Source: a virus
Reading direction: 5' to 3' (one strand)
Length of the DNA stretch: 64,000 bases
IMG/VR virus record: IMGVR_UViG_3300005253_000487
Coordinates: 24,001 to 88,000 of that record
The position numbers and the translations under genes are program-made. The notes under the pieces are model-generated. The model was not told the DNA's origin and searched no databases. It was given only the letters and a program-made list of their open reading frames with translations. Each line of letters opens with the position of its first letter. Positions within the stretch are counted from its first letter, which is position 1. Below, piece by piece: positions 1-8,912 of the stretch.

Positions 1-1
1 A

Positions 2-178
2 GTGGCCGATGCTACAGCTAGTGTGCCTGCGGAGATTACAGGTCCCGCATTATTGGTGATGGATGTAATAACGCAGATGCAAACGGCGGGCGTGATGGCG
101 TTGCCGGTGCTAGATGAGATGCGGAACGTGGTAGGAATGATCCACTTGCATGATGCATTGAAGGCGAGGGTGATATGA
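2..178 (+). CDS. C-terminal CBS domain, probably of a KpsF/GutQ (KdsD-like) sugar-phosphate isomerase (partial, 5' end outside window)
   Basis: Frame 2 translated by hand: ...DVITQMQTAGVMALPVLDEMRNVVGMIHLHDALKARVI*; ending resembles the G-x-[IL]-H-[LM]-H-D-[LA]-L-[RK]-A-x-V terminus of KdsD/KpsF. Not in the ORF track. Confidence 0.65.
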   Translation: MADATASVPAEITGPALLVMDVITQMQTAGVMALPVLDEMRNVVGMIHLHDALKARVI

Positions 179-258
179 GGTATTTTATTGGGGTAGTGTT
201 TGTTCTATTGTGGAAATGGTGGGTGGGCTTGGTAGCGTTATTTGGCATGGTGCTGTGA
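175..258 (+). CDS. 27-aa hydrophobic membrane peptide
   Basis: MRYFIGVVFVLLWKWWVGLVALFGMVL*; ATGA overlap upstream and GTGA overlap downstream. Confidence 0.5.
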   Translation: MRYFIGVVFVLLWKWWVGLVALFGMVL

Positions 259-1019
259 GGTTACGTGATTTAGATCCAGGCGTCACTGTGGTATGCGTGC
301 TGCGAAGCGGCAAGGACTTTAAGCCTGCCCATGTCCGCCAGCTCTATGATGGCCTAGTAAGGTGGTGGCCGTTTCGCACCATGCCCTTCCGCTTCGAAGT
401 GCTATCTGACGTGCGCGAGGCGGACAACGACGTGCCCTTAGTCACCCCCATCCCGTTGAAGCATAATTGGCCGGGATGGTGGAGTAAGTTGGAACTCTTC
501 CGTCCGGACTTGGACTACCTTGGGGACATCCTCTACTTCGATCTCGACACGGTGGTGGTGGGTGACTTGACAGACATCGTGTTGGTCAATCAATTGACTA
601 TGCTCGATGACTTCTACAACCCAGGAATGTTGGGCAGTGGGCTGATGTATCTACCCATGGACGTGCGCCACGTGGTGTGGGACAAATGGATTAGAGACCC
701 ACGGACGCCGATGATGCGCGTGCGGGGGGACCAAGAGTTTATAGGCGGGGCGTTTGGGTATGACCGTCCGCGTCGGTGGCAGCGCTTACTCCCTGGGCAG
801 GTGATCAGTTACAAGGCAGACATACGTGAGCCCAAAGAGAAGACCATGCCCCAGGATGCCCGCGTCGTGTGCTTCCATGGACGTCCGCGTCCGTGGCAAG
901 TTACATTACCTAGAGGAGGGGGACAGCATGAAGCACATACCCAACGTCCCTCGCGCAGGTCTGCTTGTAAGACATCCGCCGTAAAGGGAAGTGGGTGCCT
1001 GCGTGAAACACAAGACTGA
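255..1019 (+). CDS. GT-A fold glycosyltransferase (GT8-like phage family)
   Basis: GWWSKLELF, LYFDLDTVV (DxD), GDQEFI and VVCFHGRPRPW motifs; GTG start at 255 overlaps the upstream stop. Confidence 0.8.
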   Translation: MRLRDLDPGVTVVCVLRSGKDFKPAHVRQLYDGLVRWWPFRTMPFRFEVLSDVREADNDVPLVTPIPLKHNWPGWWSKLELFRPDLDYLGDILYFDLDTVVVGDLTDIVLVNQLTMLDDFYNPGMLGSGLMYLPMDVRHVVWDKWIRDPRTPMMRVRGDQEFIGGAFGYDRPRRWQRLLPGQVISYKADIREPKEKTMPQDARVVCFHGRPRPWQVTLPRGGGQHEAHTQRPSRRSACKTSAVKGSGCLRETQD

Positions 1020-1437
1020 AGGGTGGGACGGCAACCCGGCGCGGATATTGCGGAGCTGGTTGAAGGAACAAGGCTTCACTATAGACCAGGCCCTTGCAGA
1101 GTACTTCGATGAGATGGAACGTTACTGCGATGAGCTGGTGGACATACCTGTGGAGACATACTGGAATGGGGAGAGGACGGAGTGTACGAAGGTAAGGGTG
1201 GTGGTTGGGAAGTCTGGAGCACCAACGTGGTGGTGTGCGGAGCTGGAAGGGCAAGAGCGTAATGCGGTCAAGGTGCGCTACAATAATCAGACGTTCTACT
1301 TGGACGATGATGCGTTTCCGGAAGATGCTTTCACACAAGAACATAAGGCGGGGGCGGGTTGGCGGAAGGTAACGGAGGGGCATGGGTGCCCGGACTACTA
1401 CCACGCAGAGTTACCTGTGAAGTGGGAAGTGCACTAG
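991..1437 (+). CDS. hypothetical protein
   Basis: ORF fits the operon; stop overlaps the next start. Confidence 0.55.
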   Translation: MGACVKHKTEGWDGNPARILRSWLKEQGFTIDQALAEYFDEMERYCDELVDIPVETYWNGERTECTKVRVVVGKSGAPTWWCAELEGQERNAVKVRYNNQTFYLDDDAFPEDAFTQEHKAGAGWRKVTEGHGCPDYYHAELPVKWEVH

Positions 1438-2036
1438 TGAGTAACCGAACGGCAGTGCTTCGTACGGACGCCGTGCTTAATCGCATCCGCTCGCGCCCCA
1501 GCCCAGTGGGTGTAGAGGTGGGAGTGTTCCAGGGTAGGATGTCTGCTGTGCTGCTTCGTGGTCATCCAGGGTTGCGACTCTACATGGTAGACAATTGGTT
1601 GCCAATGACTGCGCAACCTGTGGCATACGTAGCGTCCAAGGACTATCATGCTAGGCTAGATGAGAGTAGGCAGTATGGAAACAAGACACAGGCGCTTAAG
1701 GTGGTGCAACGGTACCGAGGACGTGCTATCCTATTGCATCAGACCTCGGTGCAAGCGGCGATGGGTTTCGAGGATGGACAATGTGACTTCGTGTTCCTGG
1801 ATGCAGACCACAGTTATGAAGGCGTGAAGGCGGACCTCGAAGCGTGGTGGCCTAAGGTAGCTTTTGGTGGGTGGTTATGTGGGCATGATTATTACAATGC
1901 GGAGCAAGAGGCGCGGAGTAGGGGTGCGGGGCAATGCTTCGGCGTGCGTGTTGCGGTGGATGAAGCGGCAGTGAGTATGGGTTGGGCAGTACAGAAGGAC
2001 GCAGACGGCACGTGGTTTGTGCAGAAAGAAGAGTGA
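1437..2036 (+). CDS. class I SAM-dependent methyltransferase (Methyltransf_24-like)
   Basis: GVEVGVFQG motif I; DFVFLDADHSYEGVKADL...GGWLCGHDY. Confidence 0.85.
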   Translation: MSNRTAVLRTDAVLNRIRSRPSPVGVEVGVFQGRMSAVLLRGHPGLRLYMVDNWLPMTAQPVAYVASKDYHARLDESRQYGNKTQALKVVQRYRGRAILLHQTSVQAAMGFEDGQCDFVFLDADHSYEGVKADLEAWWPKVAFGGWLCGHDYYNAEQEARSRGAGQCFGVRVAVDEAAVSMGWAVQKDADGTWFVQKEE

Positions 2037-2132
2037 TGCGGGAGACCGCGCAATGAAGAAAGTAAAAGTGTAAATGACCATTCACCTGGCTCATGACTCA
2101 TCTAACCGCGCGCCGGAAAGGAGTACAGAGTC

Positions 2133-2423
2133 ATGAAGACGTACCGTAAGACATACGTGGTCCTTGAGAAAGGGGATCACCTGGAGGTGGGTTGTGGTGA
2201 CGTCACGTTGCAAATTGAGATGGACCAGTTGGGAGCACTTGTGGAAGTGAGAGCCCAGCGTCCAGCAACGGACGGGCGTTTCATGTTGGCATCCTGTAGC
2301 ATATTGGACAGTGGTGGAGAAACGCGGAATCATTTGGTTCGTGTCAATGGCGTTCTAAGTCTCTCTCCCATTGCGGATTCGTGTAAGCTTGGTGCCGAGG
2401 TTGTAGGTTCAACTCGTCGTTAA
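2133..2423 (+). CDS. hypothetical protein
   Basis: AAGGAG RBS upstream of ATG. Confidence 0.5.
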   Translation: MKTYRKTYVVLEKGDHLEVGCGDVTLQIEMDQLGALVEVRAQRPATDGRFMLASCSILDSGGETRNHLVRVNGVLSLSPIADSCKLGAEVVGSTRR

Positions 2424-2493
2424 CTTAGACTCGGGCGTGAGCGGTTAAGTAGATCATGAGACCAGGTGAATGGTTATTTGGAAAGAGGGGTAG

Positions 2494-3039
2494 ATGAAGA
2501 AGCCTAAGAAGAAGACTGGACTGCTCCGCCATACCCTACCACGTCCGAAGGGTGTTATCGAGTGTGACGTGGTGATGGATGTAGGTGCAGGCATCCGTCC
2601 GTTCAATTGGTATAAACCGAAGCACCACGTTTGCATTGAGCCTTATGAGCCGTACTGCGAACTCCTCGAGGCGGCCCAGTTTGAGGTGTATCAGATGACG
2701 GCTGTGGAAGCATTGGACCTGCTTATGTTTGATCGCATCGACGCTGTGTACCTCTTGGATGTGATCGAGCACATGGAGAAGGAGCCTGCACTCCATGTCC
2801 TCGAGCAGGCGAAGGCGATGGCAAGGGTGCAAGTGGTCATCTATACGCCTTGGGGCTTCATGGAGCAGACGAAAGATGGTTGGGGGTTGGGTGGGCATAG
2901 CTGGCAGACGCATCGCAGTGGTTGGCTGCCCGAGGAGTTCACAGCAGCGGATGGATGGACCACGCAATCGTTCCGTCCGGATCGTCATCCACATCCACAA
3001 GGATTGTATGCCATATGGGACAATACTACTCAGAACTAA
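2494..3039 (+). CDS. class I SAM-dependent methyltransferase
   Basis: MDVGAG motif I; LLDVIEHMEKE; THRSGW. Confidence 0.8.
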   Translation: MKKPKKKTGLLRHTLPRPKGVIECDVVMDVGAGIRPFNWYKPKHHVCIEPYEPYCELLEAAQFEVYQMTAVEALDLLMFDRIDAVYLLDVIEHMEKEPALHVLEQAKAMARVQVVIYTPWGFMEQTKDGWGLGGHSWQTHRSGWLPEEFTAADGWTTQSFRPDRHPHPQGLYAIWDNTTQN

Positions 3040-4091
3040 AAGCGGCATGGCACATTGATCGCATCGCACAGCTACGCGCAGGGGAGCAGATCGCCCCGGT
3101 GGAGCTTCAATTCATTCTCTCTGATCTATGTAACCAGGCCTGTCACTTCTGTGCCTACCGTGCGGAAGCTGGTCTCTCCTCTGAAGGTTTCGTGGAGTGG
3201 GAAGATGGGAAGCGCAACCATAATCCTAACCGCATGATTGGGCGGGACAAGGCCTTGGAGATTTTGGACGATGCGGCGCGTATGGGGGTTCGGAGTATTA
3301 TCTTTACCGGCGGTGGTGAACCAACAGTGCATCCAAACCATTTGGAGATCTTCCAACATGCACTTGACTTGGGTCTCGAGTGCTCACTCAATACCAATGG
3401 TATTCTGTTGCGAAAGGGATGGGAAGAGGTGTTGAGCAGATTTACGTATGTGCGTTTCTCAATTGATGCGGGTACGGCGGATGAGTACGCTGCTATACGG
3501 CGTGTGCCTTCCGAACAATACCAGTGTGCTCTTACTAACCTGGCGCAGGTTGTGGAGGTGTGTGCTCTGCGGAGTTGTGTGGTAGGGGCGGGATATGTTG
3601 TAACACCGGAGAATTATAAGAATCTAGTGGAAGGGGTGCGTGCTATTCGTGCAACTCAGGCGCAGTACGTGAGGCTCGCTTCCATGCAATCTACCGCCCA
3701 GGGCGCGCCGTTTGCTCATGTGCTTTCCGAGGTACATCACTACTTGCATCTGGCGAAGGGGGAGGCGACGTCGGATTTTGAGGTTATTGATTTATTCGAT
3801 TTGGTCTTGGGACGTACACCCGCTGAATCCTTGTGCGGGATGCAGCATTTTGTGCTCTATATTGGTGGTAACCTCAGGGTCTATCGCTGTTGTTATACAG
3901 CGTATACGCAGCTTGGTGAGATTGGGGATCTACGTGAGCAATCCTTTGGTGATTGGTTCAAGAGCACTGCGAAGAAAGAAGCTATAGCAACGTTTGACGC
4001 AAGGGCGTGTGCGGTATGCCCACTTGAGCATAAGAACGAGACAATCAGATACATGGTTAATCAAAATCCTTCACACGTCAACTTCGTTTAA
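3015..4091 (+). CDS. radical SAM protein with C-terminal SPASM/twitch-like Cys cluster
   Basis: CNQACHFC (CX3CX2C), TGGGEP, NTNG, SIDAG; C-terminal LCG..VYRCC..CAVC; start moved to ATG 3015. Confidence 0.9.
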   Translation: MGQYYSELKAAWHIDRIAQLRAGEQIAPVELQFILSDLCNQACHFCAYRAEAGLSSEGFVEWEDGKRNHNPNRMIGRDKALEILDDAARMGVRSIIFTGGGEPTVHPNHLEIFQHALDLGLECSLNTNGILLRKGWEEVLSRFTYVRFSIDAGTADEYAAIRRVPSEQYQCALTNLAQVVEVCALRSCVVGAGYVVTPENYKNLVEGVRAIRATQAQYVRLASMQSTAQGAPFAHVLSEVHHYLHLAKGEATSDFEVIDLFDLVLGRTPAESLCGMQHFVLYIGGNLRVYRCCYTAYTQLGEIGDLREQSFGDWFKSTAKKEAIATFDARACAVCPLEHKNETIRYMVNQNPSHVNFV

Positions 4092-4105
4092 GGAAGGGAG
4101 CCTTT

Positions 4106-4435
4106 ATGTATCGTCGAACATGGTTAGGAAACATACTATTGGCATTGGTGGGTTGGTGGACAGGCCTTACCATTCGTCCACCATCGGCACCCGTTGTGAA
4201 GAAGCAGACAGTGCACGTAACAATACAGGCCCTAGGGGCAGAGAAGCTCCAGGCGACGTTGGAAGCTGCGGCCTCTACTAGCATCCGCGTGGCCATAGGT
4301 AGGTATCCGACAGCGGCAGAGATGACGATGGAGGAAGTAGACCTCAGCGGCAAGTCAATCTATTGGGGCAGCAAGCTCCCGCTGCCGATCGGTCCGGGGG
4401 AAACGGTATACGCGAGAGCGCAGGCCTACAAGTGA
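4106..4435 (+). CDS. hypothetical protein with twin-arginine-like signal/N-terminal TM segment
   Basis: MYRRTWLGNILLALVG; strong RBS. Confidence 0.55.
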   Translation: MYRRTWLGNILLALVGWWTGLTIRPPSAPVVKKQTVHVTIQALGAEKLQATLEAAASTSIRVAIGRYPTAAEMTMEEVDLSGKSIYWGSKLPLPIGPGETVYARAQAYK

Positions 4436-5148
4436 AATATTCCGTCTGTGTGCCTTACTGGAAGCGCCAAGGGGCGCTGGATAAGATGGTGGAACAGTAC
4501 GACCGCCTGTATTCGGACTTTGACCTCGAGTACTCGATTTGCGATGATGGATCACCTAAGCCTGCAATAGTGCCACGCATGACGCGGAGTGGACGACTGT
4601 GTGTTATGACAAGACTTTCGGAGAAGAAGCACGCGTTGAACCCGTGCGTGCCCATCAACAAGGCGGTGGAGAAGTCGACGGGGGACATCATCATCCTAAC
4701 GAATGCGGAGGTGGTACACCTAGAGGCCATCTTGCCTGAGATGCGTGGGTTGTTGACAGACGCCACGTCCTATGTGATAGCACGGTGTTGGGACACGCGG
4801 GGGAAGTGGATAGCAGGTCCGGAGACGGACTACTCCATACATGGTCCGCGGGAGCCCTGTCCACCTGGCGGACACATGCACTTCTTGACCATGCTGCGGC
4901 GGGAATTGTGGGAGGCGGCGGGTGGGTTCGATGAGGAGTATCGTAACGGGCAGGGCTGTGATGACAACGATTGGTTGTGGCGTCTATACGCTGTGGGCGC
5001 CCAATTCAAGACAACGCTTGGGCATGTGCAGCACGCTCCGAGTAAAAGTGTCCGGTGGGGCCTTCCGCACAACCGCGCTCTCTTCCATCGCAAGTGGCCC
5101 TCGGAGATGCGTACTCATCTCATTGCAGCAGGTGGAGGTTTGAGGTGA
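4432..5148 (+). CDS. glycosyltransferase family 2
   Basis: YSVCVPYW, ICDDGS, GGFDEEY..G.G.DDNDW; GTGA overlap start. Confidence 0.85.
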   Translation: MKYSVCVPYWKRQGALDKMVEQYDRLYSDFDLEYSICDDGSPKPAIVPRMTRSGRLCVMTRLSEKKHALNPCVPINKAVEKSTGDIIILTNAEVVHLEAILPEMRGLLTDATSYVIARCWDTRGKWIAGPETDYSIHGPREPCPPGGHMHFLTMLRRELWEAAGGFDEEYRNGQGCDDNDWLWRLYAVGAQFKTTLGHVQHAPSKSVRWGLPHNRALFHRKWPSEMRTHLIAAGGGLR

Positions 5149-5152
5149 AGGG

Positions 5153-5365
5153 ATGACGTTTATACGCGTGGGTTACGTGGGGTTTTCATATTGCCGCTGG
5201 TATCAGCCGGCGCTCGGCCTCACGAGATGGTGGCTCCCGACCTTCCGGATCTACCGATCGCTGTGGCTGGGAAAACTGGAGATCAGACTGTACCGTCCCA
5301 CCGCCCTGCGTGCGATTGGAGCTGTAATGAGCGTGCGGAATATATGGGAGACGACAGAACAATGA
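5153..5365 (+). CDS. hypothetical basic/aromatic protein
   Basis: RBS upstream; ATGA overlap with the next gene. Confidence 0.45.
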   Translation: MTFIRVGYVGFSYCRWYQPALGLTRWWLPTFRIYRSLWLGKLEIRLYRPTALRAIGAVMSVRNIWETTEQ

Positions 5366-6906
5366 CATTACTGGGTGGGGACTACCAGACCGCCGTGCGG
5401 ATGTCTGCAAAACTTGCAGCGATACCCTTGCCGAAGGACATGACAGGGATGCGTGTACTTGATGTTGGGTGTGATTTTGGTGCATTTTGTAAGTTGGCCA
5501 GTGACCGGGGGGCACGGGAGGTAGTAGGTGTAGACCGTGGACGCATTGTACGTGGTAAGGGTTTCGTAGACTTGGTTGCACATAACACAGCGCAAGGCTG
5601 GGAGCGGTGTACGTTTGTAGAAGCAGACTTGGGGGTGGAGTGGCCTGACTTGGGCAGTTTCGAACTGGTGCTGTGCTTCTCCCTGTATCATCACTGGTAT
5701 GGACAGTGCGCGGACCACTATCTTATTTGGCAATGGCTTGCACAACATACGGCGGCGGACGGACTATTACTGTGGGAGGGTCCGTTTAGCAGTCTGGACG
5801 GAACGGCGCGGCAGGTGACGCAACGCGTTGGTGATTACAATCGCAATGCCATCCTTGCCGCAGCCGAACAATTCTTCGACATCGAGGTGGTGGGACCAGC
5901 ACAGCATAGGGCTAATCGAGAAGTGTGGCGTGGGTTTCTGCGGAGGATGGATGTTATTACGAGTATGCGGGACGTTGAGGAGCGGCGCCGGGAAAGCCTC
6001 GGCCGCGTTCAGCGAACAGCGGATGCGCGAGGTGTACGAGATGATGGGGTGGTGGCCGTTCGCCGGCACACTGAACTTGCAGCCGAGGTGGCCAGAAGGG
6101 ACGAGGCCGAGCAACTTCGGGGAGCTGAAGCTCTTACTCGGACCCCCGCTGCGGGAAACGGAACACGACACCAAAATAGGACCGCTTCAGTGGTGGCCAG
6201 GAAAGTTAGAACTGCCGGAAGGCGACACAAGAAACGCCCTCCTGGTGCGGGGTGTACACACCGCAACCAACTACTTGGAATTAGTGACGCAGTTAGCAGT
6301 GAGATACTCGACAGACAACGGGATAAGGAACGGCGACAGGATTTGCTTTACCCATACCACGCTCTAATCTTAGGGGGTGGTCAGGGTGTGTGGGATGAAG
6401 TGTTGGCGTGGGAAGAGATGTACGGCGGGAGGTGGGACGGCCTTGTTGTAGCGGCGAATGATGTAGGCAGTCATTGGCCCCGGGCATTGGACCACTGGGT
6501 TACTCTCCATCCAAATAGACTTATCAGCTGGATAGCAATTCGCAAGAGCTACGGCTTCGTCGATGGGTTTGAGACGTGGGGTCGGCGCAAGTTGAATGCG
6601 ATTGACCATTACATCCAACCGTGGGCGGGTGGATCGAGTGGTATGCTCGCCGTCCAAGTTGCACGTCAGCTGGGATGTACGCGAGGGATATTGTGTGGGA
6701 TACCGATGACACCCTCGCCTCACTTCATAGAAAGTACGGTGCACCCGGGCACGAAGAACTGGAACGAGGTGGCGGGACATTGGCGCTCGTGGGCCCGGCA
6801 CATGAATCGTATGACGGGATGGGTGCGCTCGATGAGTGGGCGGACGGCGGACGTGTTGGGCGTACCTGACGTAGATTGGTTGTTGAGTGAAGAGGAGTGT
6901 GTGTGA
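5362..6906 (+). CDS. SAM methyltransferase (N-term) running without a stop into a DUF115/MptE-like (sialyltransferase-fold-like) C-terminal domain
   Basis: VLDVGCDFG motif I, CFSLYHH; C-term ALILGGG..VVAANDV..GGSSGMLAVQVA..LCGIPM; possible separate TTG start at 6343. Confidence 0.7.
   Translation: MTLLGGDYQTAVRMSAKLAAIPLPKDMTGMRVLDVGCDFGAFCKLASDRGAREVVGVDRGRIVRGKGFVDLVAHNTAQGWERCTFVEADLGVEWPDLGSFELVLCFSLYHHWYGQCADHYLIWQWLAQHTAADGLLLWEGPFSSLDGTARQVTQRVGDYNRNAILAAAEQFFDIEVVGPAQHRANREVWRGFLRRMDVITSMRDVEERRRESLGRVQRTADARGVRDDGVVAVRRHTELAAEVARRDEAEQLRGAEALTRTPAAGNGTRHQNRTASVVARKVRTAGRRHKKRPPGAGCTHRNQLLGISDAVSSEILDRQRDKERRQDLLYPYHALILGGGQGVWDEVLAWEEMYGGRWDGLVVAANDVGSHWPRALDHWVTLHPNRLISWIAIRKSYGFVDGFETWGRRKLNAIDHYIQPWAGGSSGMLAVQVARQLGCTRGILCGIPMTPSPHFIESTVHPGTKNWNEVAGHWRSWARHMNRMTGWVRSMSGRTADVLGVPDVDWLLSEEECV
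5951..6367 (+). CDS. CTP-dependent riboflavin kinase-like protein (DUF120 / archaeal RibK family), nested in the +1 frame
   Basis: GTLRSGAGKA, GWWPFAGTLNL and YLELV..R....I.NGD match the RibK motifs GxVxSGxGxG, PYPGTLN and LEII..LR..L.DGD; GGAGG at 5942-5946 precedes ATG 5951. Confidence 0.75.
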   Translation: MLLRVCGTLRSGAGKASAAFSEQRMREVYEMMGWWPFAGTLNLQPRWPEGTRPSNFGELKLLLGPPLRETEHDTKIGPLQWWPGKLELPEGDTRNALLVRGVHTATNYLELVTQLAVRYSTDNGIRNGDRICFTHTTL

Positions 6907-7085
6907 ACGACCTGGGTCTGCAATCCCTGGCATTTGCCAAGCGGTACGTGTCGTTGACAGACGCATTGATGTCCCAGGGTGTTGCCGAGGCCAAGGCGCG
7001 GGAGGAAGCGCGAGCTACGGCATTGATAATGATGTATCATGAGAATCCAGATAACCCTTGTCCTTTGTGTGGTGGTGATGCTTAG
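6903..7085 (+). CDS. small protein with C-terminal CPLC
   Basis: GAGGAG RBS; GTGA overlap. Confidence 0.5.
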   Translation: MNDLGLQSLAFAKRYVSLTDALMSQGVAEAKAREEARATALIMMYHENPDNPCPLCGGDA

Positions 7086-8070
7086 CCTCGCGGATGCGAT
7101 TGTTGTTAATCAAGGCGACAGCGAACACCTAATGTTCCGCTTCCACAATACGGCGCGCCGGATCGCGGATCAGTTTGGTCCGCAGACAGCGAGGGCGTGG
7201 GCGCGTGCAGTAGCCAATGTGCAGGACGCTATTGATGAGAAGGCCTTGCGCGCCGCGTTGGCTGCAAAGGATCTCGCGCAAGTGGACGCCGCTGTGAGTG
7301 CCTCCCGTTTCGGGAAGGCGTTGCAAGCACTGGAGGACCCATTTGCCCGCACGGCTGGTGCGACAGGGACAGCGAGTGCCGAGACGTTGGAGGAGGCGGG
7401 CTTCATCATGCAATTCAACGCCACGCATCCCAACGTGATTCTGTTTGCACGTGACCAGGCGGCGGCGCTAGTAGTGGACGTGACGGCAGATGTACGTGAA
7501 GCGATACGCACGGTGGTGGCGTTGGGGGCGCAAGAAGGGCTAACCATAGTAAAGCAAGCGCAGGCCATACGGCAGGTCGTAGGGCTACCCCCTCCCTGGG
7601 CTGAGGCACCCTTGCGCTTAGGTAAGGAGCTTAGGGAGGGACGGGCGGCAGCGGCCACAGGAAGGCGCTTATCTGCTACCACTAAGCAAGAGATCCGCCG
7701 TCGCATCTCTCGCGGGACAGTCACGGAGGCCTTCATCGAGCGGATGCAAGAGCGGTACAGTAAATCCCTTATCAATAGACGGGGTTTGAACATTGCGCGG
7801 ACCGAGAGTCTGCGTGCGGCCAATTTTGGACAGCAAGACAGTTGGGTGCAGGCGATGAGGCAGAAGGTCTTGCCACGGGACAGTAGGCGCTTCTGGATCG
7901 TTACCCCGGACGAGAAGCTCTCCGAAACACATGCACGCATTCCTGGTATGAATCCAAACGGGCGAAGTATGACCGAACCATTTCAAACAACTGAAGGTCC
8001 TTTTATGTTTCCACCTTCAAGGCCAAACTGCCGTTGCGGTATTGGCTTGGGGATAGGGCAGGGGCGATGA
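7078..8070 (+). CDS. phage head morphogenesis / minor capsid protein (SPP1 gp7 / Mu gpF family)
   Basis: IARTE motif; C-terminal PPSRPNCRC. Confidence 0.85.
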   Translation: MLSLADAIVVNQGDSEHLMFRFHNTARRIADQFGPQTARAWARAVANVQDAIDEKALRAALAAKDLAQVDAAVSASRFGKALQALEDPFARTAGATGTASAETLEEAGFIMQFNATHPNVILFARDQAAALVVDVTADVREAIRTVVALGAQEGLTIVKQAQAIRQVVGLPPPWAEAPLRLGKELREGRAAAATGRRLSATTKQEIRRRISRGTVTEAFIERMQERYSKSLINRRGLNIARTESLRAANFGQQDSWVQAMRQKVLPRDSRRFWIVTPDEKLSETHARIPGMNPNGRSMTEPFQTTEGPFMFPPSRPNCRCGIGLGIGQGR

Positions 8071-8315
8071 AGAAGAAGGAGACGGCGGCGGAGTTGGTGA
8101 CGAGACACATGAGTACCCTTACACGGTTGACGGACTTGTGGCCAAGTCTCTCGGTCTCGGCACAACAGATGTTGTTGAAGCAGGTGCAATTGTTGGTGGG
8201 TGAGAAGTATAATGGCGTTATGGAATTGCATTGTACGATGGGTGGTGTGCGCCTGTTGCGTGCACCACGGGACTTCCGTCCTACCAATGGCGAGGGGTCA
8301 AGCAAAGAAAGGTAG
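8067..8315 (+). CDS. hypothetical protein
   Basis: ATGA overlap start. Confidence 0.45.
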   Translation: MKKKETAAELVTRHMSTLTRLTDLWPSLSVSAQQMLLKQVQLLVGEKYNGVMELHCTMGGVRLLRAPRDFRPTNGEGSSKER

Positions 8316-8318
8316 GTC

Positions 8319-8347
8319 TTGTTCTCAGTGCAAGATGCTACTATTGT
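8319..8347 (+). promoter_or_regulatory. candidate sigma70-like promoter
   Basis: TTGTTC-17nt-TATTGT, or extended -10 TG-C-TACTAT, in an intergenic gap. Confidence 0.3.
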
Positions 8348-8396
8348 TCGTTTGAATGGAGCCGCAGTTTTCATCACAGAAGGGGAGAAGTAGACC

Positions 8397-8909
8397 ATGA
8401 CTACACAGACAAGGACGCTGGGTGTTGGGGAACCAGTGCTCCGCAATGGAGAGATGCATTTGGTTACTGACATGGTGAAGCGGTTTTCCCAGGAGGACGG
8501 GACACCCTTCATGCTGGTCGTGTATGAGAACACGGCCCACAAGGTCACAGCGCTTGCGAGCGATCAACGGTGGGACGATGAGCTGGGTTGTTGGTACTCG
8601 TGGGGTGTGGTGATTAGTAAAGCGGATCGTGCAATCGTGGCAGAGTTGCGCGATCGGGGTTTGTTACCTTGTCGTAAAACGCGCACACCAGGTAACCCAC
8701 CCGCCGGTGGAGAGCACCTCAATTTGTTCAAGGCGTTGTTCCACTTGAAGCCCGCGCAGTTTTGGAACGCTGCGATGGCGGAAGTGCGGAAGGGTGGCGA
8801 CCTCCCGGTTGAAGCACAGGCGGCCGTTGCGGCCTATACTGAACGTTACAAGCAACCTCTCAGCGAAGGTTACGCTGATCCAGATGCCGACGACTCGGTG
8901 GGGGAGTAA
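8397..8909 (+). CDS. hypothetical protein
   Basis: AAGGGGAG RBS; 170-aa ORF. Confidence 0.6.
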   Translation: MTTQTRTLGVGEPVLRNGEMHLVTDMVKRFSQEDGTPFMLVVYENTAHKVTALASDQRWDDELGCWYSWGVVISKADRAIVAELRDRGLLPCRKTRTPGNPPAGGEHLNLFKALFHLKPAQFWNAAMAEVRKGGDLPVEAQAAVAAYTERYKQPLSEGYADPDADDSVGE

Positions 8910-8912
8910 ACC

